Under the pieces are notes generated by a model. That model made no database searches. It saw nothing but the letters and a program-made list of their open reading frames with translations, and was not told the origin of the DNA. Made by a program: the position numbers and the translations under genes. A stretch of DNA of 59,776 nucleotides, filler included, from Dugesia japonica (Eukaryota): NCBI GenBank assembly GCA_001938525.1. It is 4 parts of 4 records of this genome, joined end to end, with 100 filler letters (N's around TTAATTAATTAA, not from the genome) between each part and the next. Parts side by side here need not be neighbours in the genome. Positions count along the whole stretch, not along the records: positions 36,899 to 48,104 come from MQRL01497328.1; positions 48,205 to 59,776 come from MQRL01598621.1; 2 more parts are not named here. One strand, written 5' to 3'. Shown here one piece after another: positions 41,601 to 54,660 of this stretch (the stretch's first letter is position 1; each line of letters opens with the position of its first letter).

Positions 41601-44600
41601 AATCGAGAACGAGGAAATTAATCAAATAAAACAGGTTCTAGAAACTGGAATGGTACCAGTTGAATTTGAAAAGTTTTGGTCAAAGAACCACGGAAAATTC
41701 TTTTTAGAAGATGGATTAGTGAAATATCAGGAAGCAACTGATAATGTTTTCATGGTACCAAAAACTCTTAGAGATGCTTTGATGTTACAATATCATGATG
41801 GGCAATTGGGAGGACATCTCTTAGCCAAGAAAACAATTTCTAGACTAAGGCAGAAATAGTTTTGACCGGAAATTCGTCAGGACGTAAAGAAATGGTGTCA
41901 AACATATAAAGTTTGTGCTACCAGACGAAATAAAGGAGCCAAAACAAGGGTACTATTGAAACCAATGCCAGTTCCAACATCACCAATGGAAATTCTAGCG
42001 ATGGATGTGTTGGGACTATTTAAACCTACAAATGATGGAAATGAGTTTATATTAGTAGCCTGTGATTATCTCACAAAATGGCCTGAAGCTTTTCTGATGC
42101 CGGATCATGGCTAGAATCTTTGTGGAACAGATAGTCTTTCGATATGGAGTACCAAGAAAGTTGCTAACCGATAAAGGAAAAGATTTCATGAGTAATTTAT
42201 TAAAAGGAATAAATGAGTATTTTGGAATATTAAAATTGAATACATCTCCATATCATCCTCAGACGGATCGATTAGTCGAAATATTAAATTGAACATTAGC
42301 TCAAATGCTATCATCATATGTCAATTCTGAGCAAACGGAATAGGACATTACATTCCCACATGCTTGTTCGCGTATCGGAACGCAGTACATTCAAGTACAG
42401 GTTATTTGCCGTTTTATTTAATGTATTTGAGAAATAGCAACATGCCGGTGAATCTTGTATTTCAAACATCATTATCGCAGTACTTTGATGAGGGCAATTA
42501 TCTGCTCGAACTAAAAGATAGGATACAAATAGCTTGGTTAAAAGCTAACTTAAGTATTAAATATTCACAAGAAGGAATGAAAGAGGCATATGATAAAAAG
42601 ACTAAACCGCACGAGTTTAGAGTGCAAGATTTATTAATGCTCGAAGGGCATAATAATATAAAAGATTTGTCACCAAAGTTGGTACGATACTACATGGGAC
42701 CTTGTAAGGTATTAATAAAAACAGAAACTAATTTAGTCTTACACCTATACTATTACATGCAAATAGATGCAAAAAATATTATACGAAAGATGTGCAAGTT
42801 AAAAATATAGCGACAAAAGTCAAGGACAAGGCAAAAAGGTCTTCAACAAACACTCAAGAATCTAACAATAGATATCCACTAANNNNNNNNNNNNNNNNNC
42901 AAACATTAATGATTATTGCAATAATAAGTTGTCTTAATATGGTCAGTGCACAGATTGAATTTCAACCCAAAGCAGTACCAATGGAGAAAATAATATTACG
43001 AAGATGGTTCCATAAATTCTCTATAAGATCAACGGTCGAATCGACATTCAACTACCACATAGCGTTTATTTCTGATGGAACAGAAACATATTACAAGATA
43101 GGACATAGAAACAGAGAGGTCAATATCACAAATTTAAAGGCTAACTATACCTATGCTATGCAGTGTTGGTATCAGCAATTCAAATCTGTATATTGGGAGA
43201 CTGTAAGAACCACCGGATGGTATCTTACAACATTGCCAATAAACAAAGTAGTAATATTGTACAAAAATTCATGTCTATTTTTCACAAATGTACATACAGA
43301 GCAGGAGGAAACACAAATCGAGCTTCACTACGGAACATGAAATTCTACAATTCGTTTGAACAAAAAAGTTAATGTCGGGAGATGGTTTTTTGGATATAAA
43401 AAGAAAGATGCATAAACAGCCACATATCTGGTATTCTCTGAAGAAATACAACCAAGCAAGGTTATGATTAGTACGGTTACTAAGAGACCAATTTCCACAA
43501 AATTAAATGCAAACTTCTTGGGAATGGTAACCCCCGTTTACTTGGAAAAACATACCACCTTGGAGATCATCAATGGAGATGGCAGGGAGAGGAAAATAGG
43601 TTTCCAATGCATCAAATTTACAGCAATTATTGCTGTGGAGGTCTTATATTTTGAAAAACCAGTCATTAGGTTAGGCTATGAATGAGCTCACATGGACTTA
43701 TAATGCCAATTTTAATGACATAAAAACACAGAAATCATTTGTGCGTATGTCTCTCACCCTACAACAAGAAAATCGTGTAACGTGTTTTGTGGCTTTTCAC
43801 TATGTTACACTCAAAGAAAATTTAGAATCAGCTAGTTTCAGCCAACGTGCTTAATTTTGACCGTGAACAATGGAAGTACTTGAAGACTCAAAAATCGTGG
43901 GAAATGATGATGAGCTAGGAGACCCTCCTAGTATATCATTACAGTAAGTTGACGAATCTATACAGTAAATAGAAATTTCCCAGGTACCAGAAAAAGAAAT
44001 AGTACCAGAAAAGGAAATATAAAAAGATTCAGGGAAGTTCATTGATAAATTATATCCGAGATGAAGAAACTTCAAATGGCGGCATTAGCCTTACCGGAAA
44101 ATGATAATACTTCATTTTACAGCGAATTTAATGACTTGGACGATTATAAGATTAACGCTTATTGGAAGAAAGAAACTATTTGCGAAGCGCAGTTCAAAGG
44201 AAAAGAAGCTTCAATCCAAGAAATCCTCAAATGATGCTATGATCAGCTCTCCTCAACATCTTGAACACGAGCATGTAGTGCTGTGATCCGTTCGAGCAAT
44301 CTAATGGTCACGGATGAACAATAGACATTTATTTTTTTGTGATTCGATTGTATTTTATTTTATGTGATTCAAACTCTGACATTAGTGCTATTTACAAATA
44401 ATGTATTTTACTAGTTTATTTATTTTTCTGTTTTATTATGTTTCTTTAAAATGTTATAAATTTTCAGTACGAAAATCTTTTAGGGGGGAATATTTGTGAT
44501 GACTGGGAACAGTTTTAGTATAATTAAGTATTCAAGATTAAAATTAAATAATTTTAATATTTTTTGTTTAAAATTATAATGCAATACGATATTAATAAAT

Positions 44601-45110
44601 TAAATTAAATTACTATAAATAGTCACAAAATTGTTTCAATTAGGAAATAATAAAAATAGTTAATTTAATAATTAAATAATAAATAATGTTACTTTTTTCA
44701 TTTTCAAATGTTACCAAACGTGGTAACACAAAATAAAATTATTTTTTAAAAGAATCGTAGGTGAATACACCTACCACAATTGGATTTATATATATAGCCA
44801 TATGCAAAATATTTTAATTTGCAATAGATATTAATTTTATGTTGGTATGTATTGATTTTCTTTGGCAGTAGCTATTAATTTTATATAGATATTTTTCGAA
44901 AACAGTGGAATTTGATTTGAAAATTATTTCATAACTGGGATTTTATTTAAAGTAATTGAATTTATTTAATAGTAATACTTTATTAAATAGTCTGTCAAGG
45001 ACTAGCTTTCTTTATTTTGATAAATTATTTTAAAGTCTGGTAAAGACTTGTTTATATAATATTATTTTATTAATATTAAATTTTTGTCAGTTACTGACTA
45101 GTATTCATAA
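38700..45110 (+). mobile_element. Near-complete decayed Ty3/Gypsy element (gag-like, PR, RT, RH, IN, extra ORF, PPT, probable 3' LTR)
   Basis: AMIDSGS protease; YIDDI RT; ELETLAV, YTDHKPL and NSDALSR RNase H; HDGQLGGH, LTDKG and YHPQTD integrase; PPT aggggggaa near 44483 followed by TG near 44495. Both outer limits approximate. Confidence 0.92.
42909..44250 (+). pseudogene. Extra ORF in env position of the Gypsy element: signal-peptide-like start plus FN3-like segment, disrupted downstream
   Basis: MIIAIISCLNMVSA-QIEF; YHIAF...VNITNLKANYTY resembles the FN3 'ITNLKPxTxY' motif; two N-glycosylation sequons (NIT, NYT); lies between integrase and PPT. Confidence 0.55.
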
Positions 45111-46619
45111 TTAAAAAATACTTTAATAGAAAAGGATACTGTTAGACATAATTGTTAGCAGGTATCCTGTGTTACCTAAAATTATTTTAAAATTAACGAG
45201 GCTCAAAAATCTCGTTATCTTGTTCCCTTGCATAAAGGCAGTGTGCAGCAATTTGTTAGGGCCACTGTGCGAACTTCTNNNNNNNNNNNNNNNNNNNNNN
45301 NNNNNNNNNNNNNNNNNNNNNNNNNNNNNNNNNNNNNNNNNNNNNNNNNNNAAAAATTTGGATTTGACTAATATTTATTTTATTCATTTTCTGTGAAAGT
45401 TGTTTTTAGCTTAATAAAAGATATTATAAAAAAAACTTGTTTTAATTGTTTTATTTTTATTTATTATATTATTATCAATAATAAATAAAATAATATTTCA
45501 CCTACACGCGTAGTAACTTAATATCAATTGGAGTCAGATTATTTATTGTTAGGTACCTGAGCCCACTAGGATCTAACAATACCAATAAATATAATAATAG
45601 TAATGAGGATAATAAAAATAGTAGGATAACCCCAATGATGATATTGACGATAGATAGGAATTAATAATCACACTTATGGTATTATCCTCAAGGCATAAGT
45701 CACATTGACAATTCTAACATGGATGCTAAGGATATTAGCAATAACCATAATGTGTAATTTAATTTTCAGGAACGATACGAAACTAGATTGAATCTGTTTC
45801 CTATAGGTAAACATCGCATGTTATTTAATTATAATCTTTTTTCACAGTAAAACAATCGATAATGGCAGCTCGAATACTAATTACTCATTCCCCACTCACC
45901 ATATACTGACAACCATACGAATTAATCCTTATTCTTATAGTTCTAGATTATGATCTCATTAACACACAGTATTAATCTGTTTATAATAGATCCTAGTGAT
46001 GAGGGACAGCAGTTATTTTAACTTACTCGTGAAAATTATTATGTCTGATTGAATTAGCTATTAGGTAGTTAAAAATAAAACAACAACTCTTAGTATGTCA
46101 GCTGCCCTGGTTATCACAAGATCGTTATGTATCAACTACTAGTGGATTTTATTCTCACCGTAGCTTTGGTAGATCTCTGTCAAATATTATAGTCAAAATG
46201 CTGCAATTTCCAGCAGTTTATTATTTTACTGATAGATCGATATCTAGAAAGAAAATAGTTGCAGGGCAGTTCATGATATGAAACGAAGTTAATGATATCT
46301 TCTAACATGCTGGAATGAATTGTCGCTTCTATTATTGGTTATGTGGATGTGCTAAATGATGATTTTAATTATTGGAAACACCTGGATTTAAATTTTATAT
46401 TAACAGAAAAAATATTATTCCTTATCAAGTTGAATAAAATCTATCATACGTTACTTTTTGATTTATAATTTTTTTATTTTTTTGACATTACTTTTTGTAA
46501 AAGAGTGGACTAAGTAATTTTGTTAATATTTATTATAATACAATATAATAAAACACATTTATTCAATGATCAATAAATAATTACTTTTAAAAAAATTCTT
46601 TTGATTTTTCTGCAACGGG

Positions 46620-48104
46620 TTAGTTCACGGTTTTTCTCTGAGCTATTAATGAATCGAAGTATAATGTTTCCTCATTTTAAGTAAAATTAATTCAACTTAA
46701 ATTGCACGGGGTATTACTTTAGTTGTTTTCTTTTCCGATAAATGATGAATTGGGTTTACTTTTAACTAATTCATGAATCAAGTTTAAAGCAGTTCTAATT
46801 TCCTTTTAAAATCGGGTGTTTAACTCCAACAATAATAATTATAATAATATTTTTAATTTACTCAGTAAAATATAATTTGCTCAGTAAATAAAAAAATAAT
46901 ATAATTGGCTTAATTCTTTCATCGAAATGGAAGTATATACAAGCATTAAGACGCACGATACCAACTGATAATTCTCCTATTATGGAAATTGATAACAACA
47001 TTGAGAACCTAAAATTTAAACTATTGCAAACATATAAGAACAACAAGAATAAAAATAAAGAAAGTTATGAAAATCAAATTATCAAAGAAATTAAAAGTTT
47101 AAAATCAAATATTACTCCAACAGATAAAACAAATAAATTGGTAGCTCTTTCTGAACAAACATACAATGAATTGTTTTCGGTACATTTAAATAATTATGAA
47201 AAAATAGCTATCAAAAAACTACCAACTACAGAACTCTTGTAACCATTAGTTTTGCATCCAATAATTAAAATTTTGGTTCATCAATTTGGGAACATGTTGG
47301 CTTCTTGAGATATTCAATACATTAGATCTTTGTTACTCAATTCTTCAAATTTTATCGAAATTTTATTGGTTAATTTTTTTTTATACTTTTAATTTTAAAT
47401 TTTAATGGTTTTTATTTTTTAAATCAACTTAACTCAAAAAATTTCAAAAATAATTTTTTTTATTAATTAATATAGAAAAGTTTTTTAGGTATTTTAGATA
47501 TATTATATTTAGAATTTTTTAATATTAAAAAAAAATTTAAAAAAATTCTTTTCAATAAAAGGTGGTCTTGCAATGGGTAATAATTTATGTCCTATTCTAG
47601 CAATAATTTTCATGAACCTCATTGAAAATCTAATTATTCTTAAATCAAACAAGAAAATTCATCTATGTTTTTAATTCTTAGATGAAATTTTTTTTGTAAC
47701 TAATTTTCCTTTAGAGAAAATTTTAGAATTAGCCAACAGTATTAATTATAACATTAAATTCACTTTAAAGAAATCAATTGACTTTCAGATTTCTTTTCTG
47801 GACACTTTAATCTAAAAGAAACCTGGTGAAATATTAACTATCCAATTATATATGAAACCATTTCACAGGGTACATATATTACCTTGGAGTAGTAATATGA
47901 CCATCAGCTAAAAAAATTGGTATAATTAAAGGTGAAAGAATTCGAGCTGAGAGACTATTTTCAAATGAAGAAATGAAATTGATTTCTTTCAAGTTGATAA
48001 AAAATAAATTTTTAAAAAACGGCTACCCATATAAAATTTTATCGAAATATTTATCTTTAAATTCCAAACAAAATAAAATCAAACCAAAAACAAACACAGT
48101 TATT
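46620..48104 (+). mobile_element. Penelope-like retroelement RT, decayed
   Basis: ITPTDKTNKLV, GLAMGNNLCPILA, FLDE (YxDD site), NIKFT, ISFLDT, LYMKP, FLKNGYP; 5' limit approximate. Confidence 0.85.
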
Positions 48105-48204
48105 NNNNNNNNNNNNNNNNNNNNNNNNNNNNNNNNNNNNNNNNNNNNTTAATTAATTAANNNNNNNNNNNNNNNNNNNNNNNNNNNNNNNNNNNNNNNN
48201 NNNN
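48105..48204. other. Artificial contig spacer
   Basis: 44 N + TTAATTAATTAA + 44 N. Confidence 0.9.
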
Positions 48205-48317
48205 TGAGATTGTAAATCAAGTTTGCCAAAGCTTTAACAACATTGGCATATGTTATAATTTATGGAGTATTTGAAAAAGAAATTCAAATTAAAGAAAACG
48301 GAACAGTATTAGCGTAA
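48205..48317 (+). pseudogene. C-terminus of Polinton major capsid protein
   Basis: RL*IKFAKALTTLAYVIIYGVFEKEIQIKENGTVLA* resembles the capsid C-terminal LxLKFAxAL...IVYAEFE..I.I pattern; directly upstream of the protease. Confidence 0.7.
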
Positions 48318-48345
48318 ACAATATGTTGTGCAATTGGTACATGTT

Positions 48346-48728
48346 ATGAAGTAAGTGTTTTTATATTAATGATTTTTTTTAATAGTACTATTCAGATTGA
48401 TCGGATTGTATCAGAGTGGCTTGGATCAGAATGGTTAGGTGTTTATGCGTTAGATAAACTTCCAAAATATATTCCAGTAAAAAATGCCTTAATTGTCAAT
48501 ACTCATACATCAAATCTAGGTGGAGAACATTGGATAGCTGTTTACAACAAACTTGTTCAAATATTGGTATTCGATCCATTAGCATTTTATTATCCATCAA
48601 TTTCGGTATCACACTTATCGAAAATATCAAAGCCAATAGTCTACAATAAAATTCGATATCAAGATACATTTACAACTACATGCGGTCAACATTGTTTATT
48701 ATGGTTGAAAAAACAACATCGTACTTGA
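48346..48728 (+). CDS. Polinton adenain-type (C5-like) cysteine protease, intact; probable 35-nt intron 48351-48385
   Basis: LGVYALDKLP, IVNT, GEHW, VFDPL, YQ....TCGQHC. Spliced start ATG AA|T gives MNTIQID; the unspliced alternative starts at 48369. Confidence 0.88.
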
Positions 48729-49429
48729 CCATATTTATTTGTTCTTGTTGTAAAAAAAAATAAATGTATTTTATTTAAACGAAATCTTTGTTATTTATTA
48801 AAACTAAGAATTAAAAAAGAATAAAATAACAACATTTATTTATAAAATATTTGTAAGTAATATGCTAATAATAATCATTTTGACACGTTTTATTATCAAA
48901 AAAATAAAATTAATTTAAAATACTGCAACGTAATATATCTAAAATACCGCAACGTAATATATTTAAAATATCACAACGTAACATTTCTATAATATTTTTT
49001 TAACAAAAATACACACATACTAGAATTTGATTGGTTAAATTAGAAAACCTTAATAAAGTTTATTATTTTCATCACAATTTCAAAATATTTTTAAAAATTA
49101 AGTGAACAATTTCAAGAGAGCTTAAGTAATTTATTATTATTATTAACAATATTAATTTTATTTTAGAATTAAAATGAATTCGTATAAACAAAATGAAAGC
49201 AGATTTAATTCGTCTATGAATACTGTAAGAATGTTATTATTTATTAATAAATTAATTATATAATTTAAAATTTTAACGAAATGATACAAGGAGGATCTGG
49301 GATGATTATGACTGGAATTACACGTTAGTTTTTTTTTCATTATATTTTATTTATAAGTTAAATCTTAAAATAAAAACTAAAATTCGATGCTATTATATTA
49401 TGAAGAAGAAATTCTCTATGATTTTATGG

Positions 49430-49850
49430 AAAATTACCTCGCTATTTCTTTTCTTAAAAATTGCAACACTAATGAGATTTTTTACTAAAAATTGCATCAC
49501 TAATGAGAGAATATTATAAAATTGTATCACAAATGAGAAAATATTTTAAAAATTGCATCGCTAATGAGAAAATTTTTTAAAAAATTTCACGCTAATGAGA
49601 TTTTTTATTAAAAATTGCAACGCTAATAAGATTTTTATTTAAAATTGCAACGCTAATGTGATTTTCTATTAAAAATTGCATCGCTAATTAGAAAATGTTT
49701 TTAAAATTGCATAACTAATGAGATTTTTTATTAAGAATTGCAACACTAATGAGAAAATCTTTTAAAAATGGCATAACTAATGAGAATTTTTCTTAAACAT
49801 TGCAAGGCAAATAAGATTTCTTTCTTAAAAATATGATAGCTAATATATTT
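49430..49850. repeat. ~31-bp minisatellite, about 12-14 copies
   Basis: Unit approximately aaaaattgca(a/t)c(a/g)ctaatgagattttttatt. Confidence 0.9.
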
Positions 49851-50204
49851 TTAAAAGAAAATTGTTATTAAAATCATTATGTTATTGTTAAAATAGTATT
49901 ATTTTATTAAATTATTAAAATCTTTTAGAACATTGCGAATTATACAAACATTGCACAAGTGCGAGGCACAATGGTGACTGTCATATTATCATGGAAGGAT
50001 ACTATGGCCAACGGTTTTACGGAAAAACTATTTTGTGTGTCCTAATTGTAAGGTATTAGATTTAGGTGACTACATACGTTTTTATAGGATACATAAGAAC
50101 ACTTGTCCTGTTTTAGTATAAGTAAAAAAATTATATTAAAATCAATATTAGATAGGCAGATAGACAGAAAGATTTATGAAGCAACAGTAAATAAAAGAAT
50201 ATAG

Positions 50205-50510
50205 TTGGAAGAAATAACAGCTAAGGATAAACCTATTGAAATAATTGTTATTGAGGATGATGTTGAAGAAATAATAATCACGGATGAAACAATTGAATAT
50301 GTTGTTGAAGAAATAATCAATTTGGAACCGCAAGATGAAGAAACATTAAATCATGTACAAGAAGAAGCAATAAATATTGAATCAGATGATTGGAGCAGTT
50401 TTGAAATTATTGAAGAACTTGATGAAGAAGATATCGTGTTAAATGAGATCATCGATATGGAAGGAGAAAATAATCAAGTCGGTGAATCGATAGTGAATCT
50501 TATTACGTAA
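50205..50510 (+). other. Highly acidic ORF of unknown function just inside a putative Polinton end
   Basis: About 100 codons rich in E/D/I; annotated start is TTG, so coding status is uncertain. Confidence 0.35.
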
Positions 50511-50511
50511 A

Positions 50512-50746
50512 ATTTCACCGATGAAATTAATTTGATGACATAATTTGTGTGCAAAATGTCTTCCCGACTAAATACACAGGAACATTTAAAAAACAGTTTC
50601 GTAATAATGTCGCGACAAAATTATTTACATTATGTAATGCACACAAATGTGTGCTGCCGCCTATTTACATTAGAAAAATACAAAATACGTATGTAATAAT
50701 CCAATTACTGAATGTGTGCTGTTTTCTCCGCTACTATTCATCTACT
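50512..50746. mobile_element. Putative Polinton right terminal repeat
   Basis: Similar to 55825-56053 (tcgcgacaaaatta..tacattatgtaatgcac..cctatttacattagaaaaatac); ends gctactat-tcat-CTACT; downstream of capsid and protease. Confidence 0.65.
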
Positions 50747-50969
50747 TAAGTCAACACAATAAAATTATAATCCATGCATTAAAATTACTTTACAACAACA
50801 TTAAATTTCTTAGTTATAACATTTAAACTCTGATCAACAAGTGAACATATAATTTGTCACACTAAAAATATATTTCGTCACATTGAAATTTCTAAGTAAA
50901 CGGTTTAAACTTATAATCTATATCACAAAATTCTAATTTGATTCATAAAAATTAACACTGAACAAGTAA

Positions 50970-51049
50970 ATTTCTTCAACCACCTTCACTTTAATATACA
51001 ATAAAGTATCATTCAAATCCAAATATTCTGTTTGAGATCCATTTATAAA
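50970..51049 (-). pseudogene. N-terminal fragment of Polinton major capsid protein
   Basis: FINGSQTEYLDLNDTLLYIKVKVV resembles the capsid F.I.G....Y.DL..T.LY.K motif. Confidence 0.72.
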
Positions 51050-51689
51050 NNNNNNNNNNNNNNNNNNNNNNNNNNNNNNNNNNNNNNNNNNNNNNNNNNN
51101 NNNNNNNNNNNNNNNNNNNNNNNNNNNNNNNNNNNNNNNNNNNNNNNNNNNNNNNNNNNNNNNNNNNNNNNNNNNNNNNNNNNNNNNNNNNNNNNATATT
51201 GTTCCATGGCCTCTCATTCGTTTGTTTATACGTGATCCATGAGATTTCTTACGTTTTCTACTATTTTGATTAAATTAATGTCAAAACACAGATGTTTACA
51301 AATATGAAGTCTTTCAAATATCTGATCTGATAATCGAATATTGAATTGAAATAATATGCGATGTTGGGTTCATGCTGTATTGAATTATGTGATGTGTTAT
51401 GCTTTGTTTTTTATTTATTGTATTTACAATTCTCAACATTTTCTATGATATTAGATGTTCCCCTTGACAATATTAATGTTAATATTAATGTTAATGTTTA
51501 CATCCCCGAGCAATATTAATATTAATGTTTAAGTTAATATTGACGTTAACATCCACCTGGAAATAATAATGATCATATCAATGGAAATGTTAACATTTCA
51601 AGGGTTATACCAATGTCCATATTCCCTGACCAATATTATAATCATGTGATCGCCCAACAATATAAGTATTTACTGTTTTGTCCCTCTCT

Positions 51690-52630
51690 CCTCACAGGTC
51701 CTCTAACTTTCTTAACTGATTTTTCTAGCACTTTGCTGATCTTTTCTCATTTATACTAGATTTCAACTACTTTTCACAGATTCTTTATCACACCTACTTC
51801 ATTGCTCTCACTCTTCAATGGTATTCTGTCACACTCACTGGCTTTCTTCTACTCCACACTGGTATTCTCTTTCTATCCACTGATTTTTACCCACTACCCA
51901 CTGGTATTCTCTTACTCTCTACTAGTACTCTATTACTCTCTACTGTTCTTCATCCACTTCTCCTGGTATTCTTTACTTCTCCACTGGTCTATTCACACTC
52001 AATACAGGTCTTCTACCATTATACACAGATAATCTCCACTCTCCACTTATATTCACTCAATATTCACTGATCTTCTCTCACTCTTTACTGGTCTTCTCTT
52101 ACTCATACAGGTCTTCTGTCACTATCCTATGCTAATTTCTCACCATCCACTAGTATTATTCAGTATCCTATGGTATTCTCTCACCCTCTACAGATCTTCT
52201 GTCACAATTCACTAGTATTCTCTCACTTTTTACTGATATTCTCTCTCTAAATAGGTCTTCTCTCACTGTCTACTTGTCTTCTCTCACAATCTAGTATTTC
52301 TACCACTGGTATTCTACAAGTATCCACTAATATTCACTCACTCTCTACTGACCTTCTCTCATTATCTACAGGTCTTCCCTCACTATCCACTGGTATTCTT
52401 TCAAACCCCATTAGTCTTCTCTCATTATCCACAGACCTTCTCTCACTATTTACAGATCTTCACTCACTATATATTAATCTTATCCAAATACCAATAATAT
52501 TCTCTCACTATCGACTTGTATTCTCTCACTATCTACCGCTCTTATACTACTACCAATGGTATTTTCACACTATTCACTGGTATTATCTCACTATATACTG
52601 GTAATCTCCAACTCTCTATCTAATATTTCT
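51690..52630. repeat. Degenerate ~19-bp pyrimidine-rich tandem array
   Basis: Recurring ct(a/c)tc(t/c)actggt(a/c)ttctctca. Confidence 0.85.
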
Positions 52631-52639
52631 ACACTGCAA

Positions 52640-53800
52640 CTGAATATGGAGGAATGGGTTGCACTGACTTACTTTATGAATATCATACGCAAAGCATTGT
52701 TCAATTTTTCAGATTCTTGACATCTAAATGTACATACTCAAGAAACATAAATCTTGATTCAATGTGTTTTGTTATAGCTCCACGAATTAATCAAATTACT
52801 GCCCATCCTAGTGAAAGCTTCGAATGGATTAATGATAAAGAAACTTTAATCATCAAACTATCTAAGAAAACAAGATTCGTGAGATTACGTACTGCTGTCC
52901 AATACTTCAAAAAAACCACAATATAAACATTTCATTTGAATTTAATGAGAATGAATTAAACTTACACTTGACAACAAACACTTCTGGTACAAATACTTAC
53001 AATTTAAATTCTCGGAATAACTTATCCAGAGCAATTCGTAAATCTTTATCTCAGTCATATTTAGAACAATGGAAAAATAGTACCATAAACAAATTCATTA
53101 TTTCAGCAATAAAATTATCTCCATTTAAAAATAAACTCATTTTTAAAAGCCAAATAAATAAATTTTAATGGAATTTTGTTCACAAAGCTTGAACTAATGG
53201 ACTGTCAAGAAGAGCAAGACCATAGAATAAAACCAATGAAGAAAGATGTTGTCGACGATTTTATTTATCTGATGAAACATGGTTTCATGTCATACAAAAA
53301 TGCAATGTAAATCTAGAAATCATTAAAAGAAGACATAATGCGTGTTAAAGTTAATAAAAAATGAATTGGATAATCGCGAATTAATTGTTGTCGTAGATTA
53401 TATGTGTTCTTTAGTTCCATAGTCAAAGGAGAGAGTTTATTTGATGATTACAAATAATTTTAGTATACATTAAATGCTCAATTGATTCAATGCACAATTT
53501 TGAGAATATTGATAAAGCAGATCTTGAAAATTAAGCCAAATTGAAACAACAACTACAAACGATTAAACAAGATTTCAAAGTAAAGTTATTTACCTGTATC
53601 ATAGGATCACTTGGCTCTATACATCTTTCGACACAAAAAATTCTTATAAAAATTGGTGTGCAGAAATCTCAGATTAATAAGCTTCTAAAATCATGTGTAA
53701 TCTTAAACATTGGATTCTCAGAAAAAATTTGTAATTTTCACAAAACTGGAATTTTTATCACGGAAACAAATTAGTTAAAAATAGTTAAAACTTAAAAAGA
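52640..53800 (+). mobile_element. 3' portion of a restriction-like-endonuclease non-LTR retrotransposon (R2/R4/NeSL-type), decayed
   Basis: YGGMG RT-thumb motif; CRR...ETWFHVIQKC...RRHN CCHC-like region; terminal IIGSLGSIH motif. Confidence 0.78.
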
Positions 53801-54597
53801 CATAATAAGTATTTTGTTTTTTTAAAATGAAATGCTTATTAACATTTTAAAAAAGAAAATTAAGCAATAATATTAACTGTAACAATAAAACCTTTCAAAA
53901 TAAAATAAATTTTAGATAACTTGTTAATTTCTAAGAATGTATAAAATTTAATAAAATTAGTTATTGAAATATTTAGTAATTTTTAATTAGACAAATGATA
54001 CTATTTTGTAAACAAACTGATTATAATAATTTAAAACTTTCAAAATAGAAAATAAAAATAAATTTTAAAATAGAAAAAATTTTAAAATGAAATGAAAATT
54101 AGATAATTTGAAAATATTTAAAATTGTCTAATAATTTTATTGAATTTACATTACACTCAGTATTGATTGTTGTTGGTATTGCTATTTGTTTTCTGTAGTT
54201 CAGTCCCAAGAAGCACTCATTATGGAGACTAATGGAAATAATAAATTTTGTTTTAATTTTTAAACATTTTAAATCGATTTTAACATTTTCAAATTTTACT
54301 AAAGTTATCAAAAATTAATCAGAAGACACAAATGCATATGTTTCCTAATAAGAAAATAATCAAACTGTTTCAATTGAAGAAAGAATTGCAATCTTAGAAT
54401 CTTCAATAAATTTGATGATGTCCAAATTTCAAATGCATATGAATTTGTTTAATTTGTAAAAAGGAATCAGTCTGACTGGTGAAAGTGAAACATCAAATAT
54501 TAAAATGAGAGACGGAGTTGAAACTAGTTCCAAACAGAACTCGATAAAAAGACTACTGAAAATAATCAAATTTGGCATATTTAATAAATATTTTAAA

Positions 54598-54660
54598 TGG
54601 TACAGTGGTAATAACAGTTCTTTTACAGTTCATCAGTGGGGGTTCAATTCTTATGAGTGA
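54598..54660 (+). other. tRNA-like Pol III A/B-box remnant (possible SINE head)
   Basis: A-box-like TGGTACAGTGG and B-box-like GGTTCAATTC at tRNA spacing; no convincing cloverleaf. Confidence 0.4.

Noticed and set aside
45980-46040. Hammerhead ribozyme upstream of the Penelope-like element
   Set aside because: gtgatgag...gaaa lacks the exact CTGANGA core and supporting helices.
49430-49850. Possible CRISPR array
   Set aside because: Head-to-tail degenerate units with no unique spacers, eukaryotic context and no cas genes.
19500-50746. One single contiguous Polinton spanning PolB to protease
   Set aside because: Parts are in different orientations and separated by synthetic linkers and a host gene.
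51802-52032. Hydrophobic membrane-protein ORF
   Set aside because: Translation of a pyrimidine-rich satellite.
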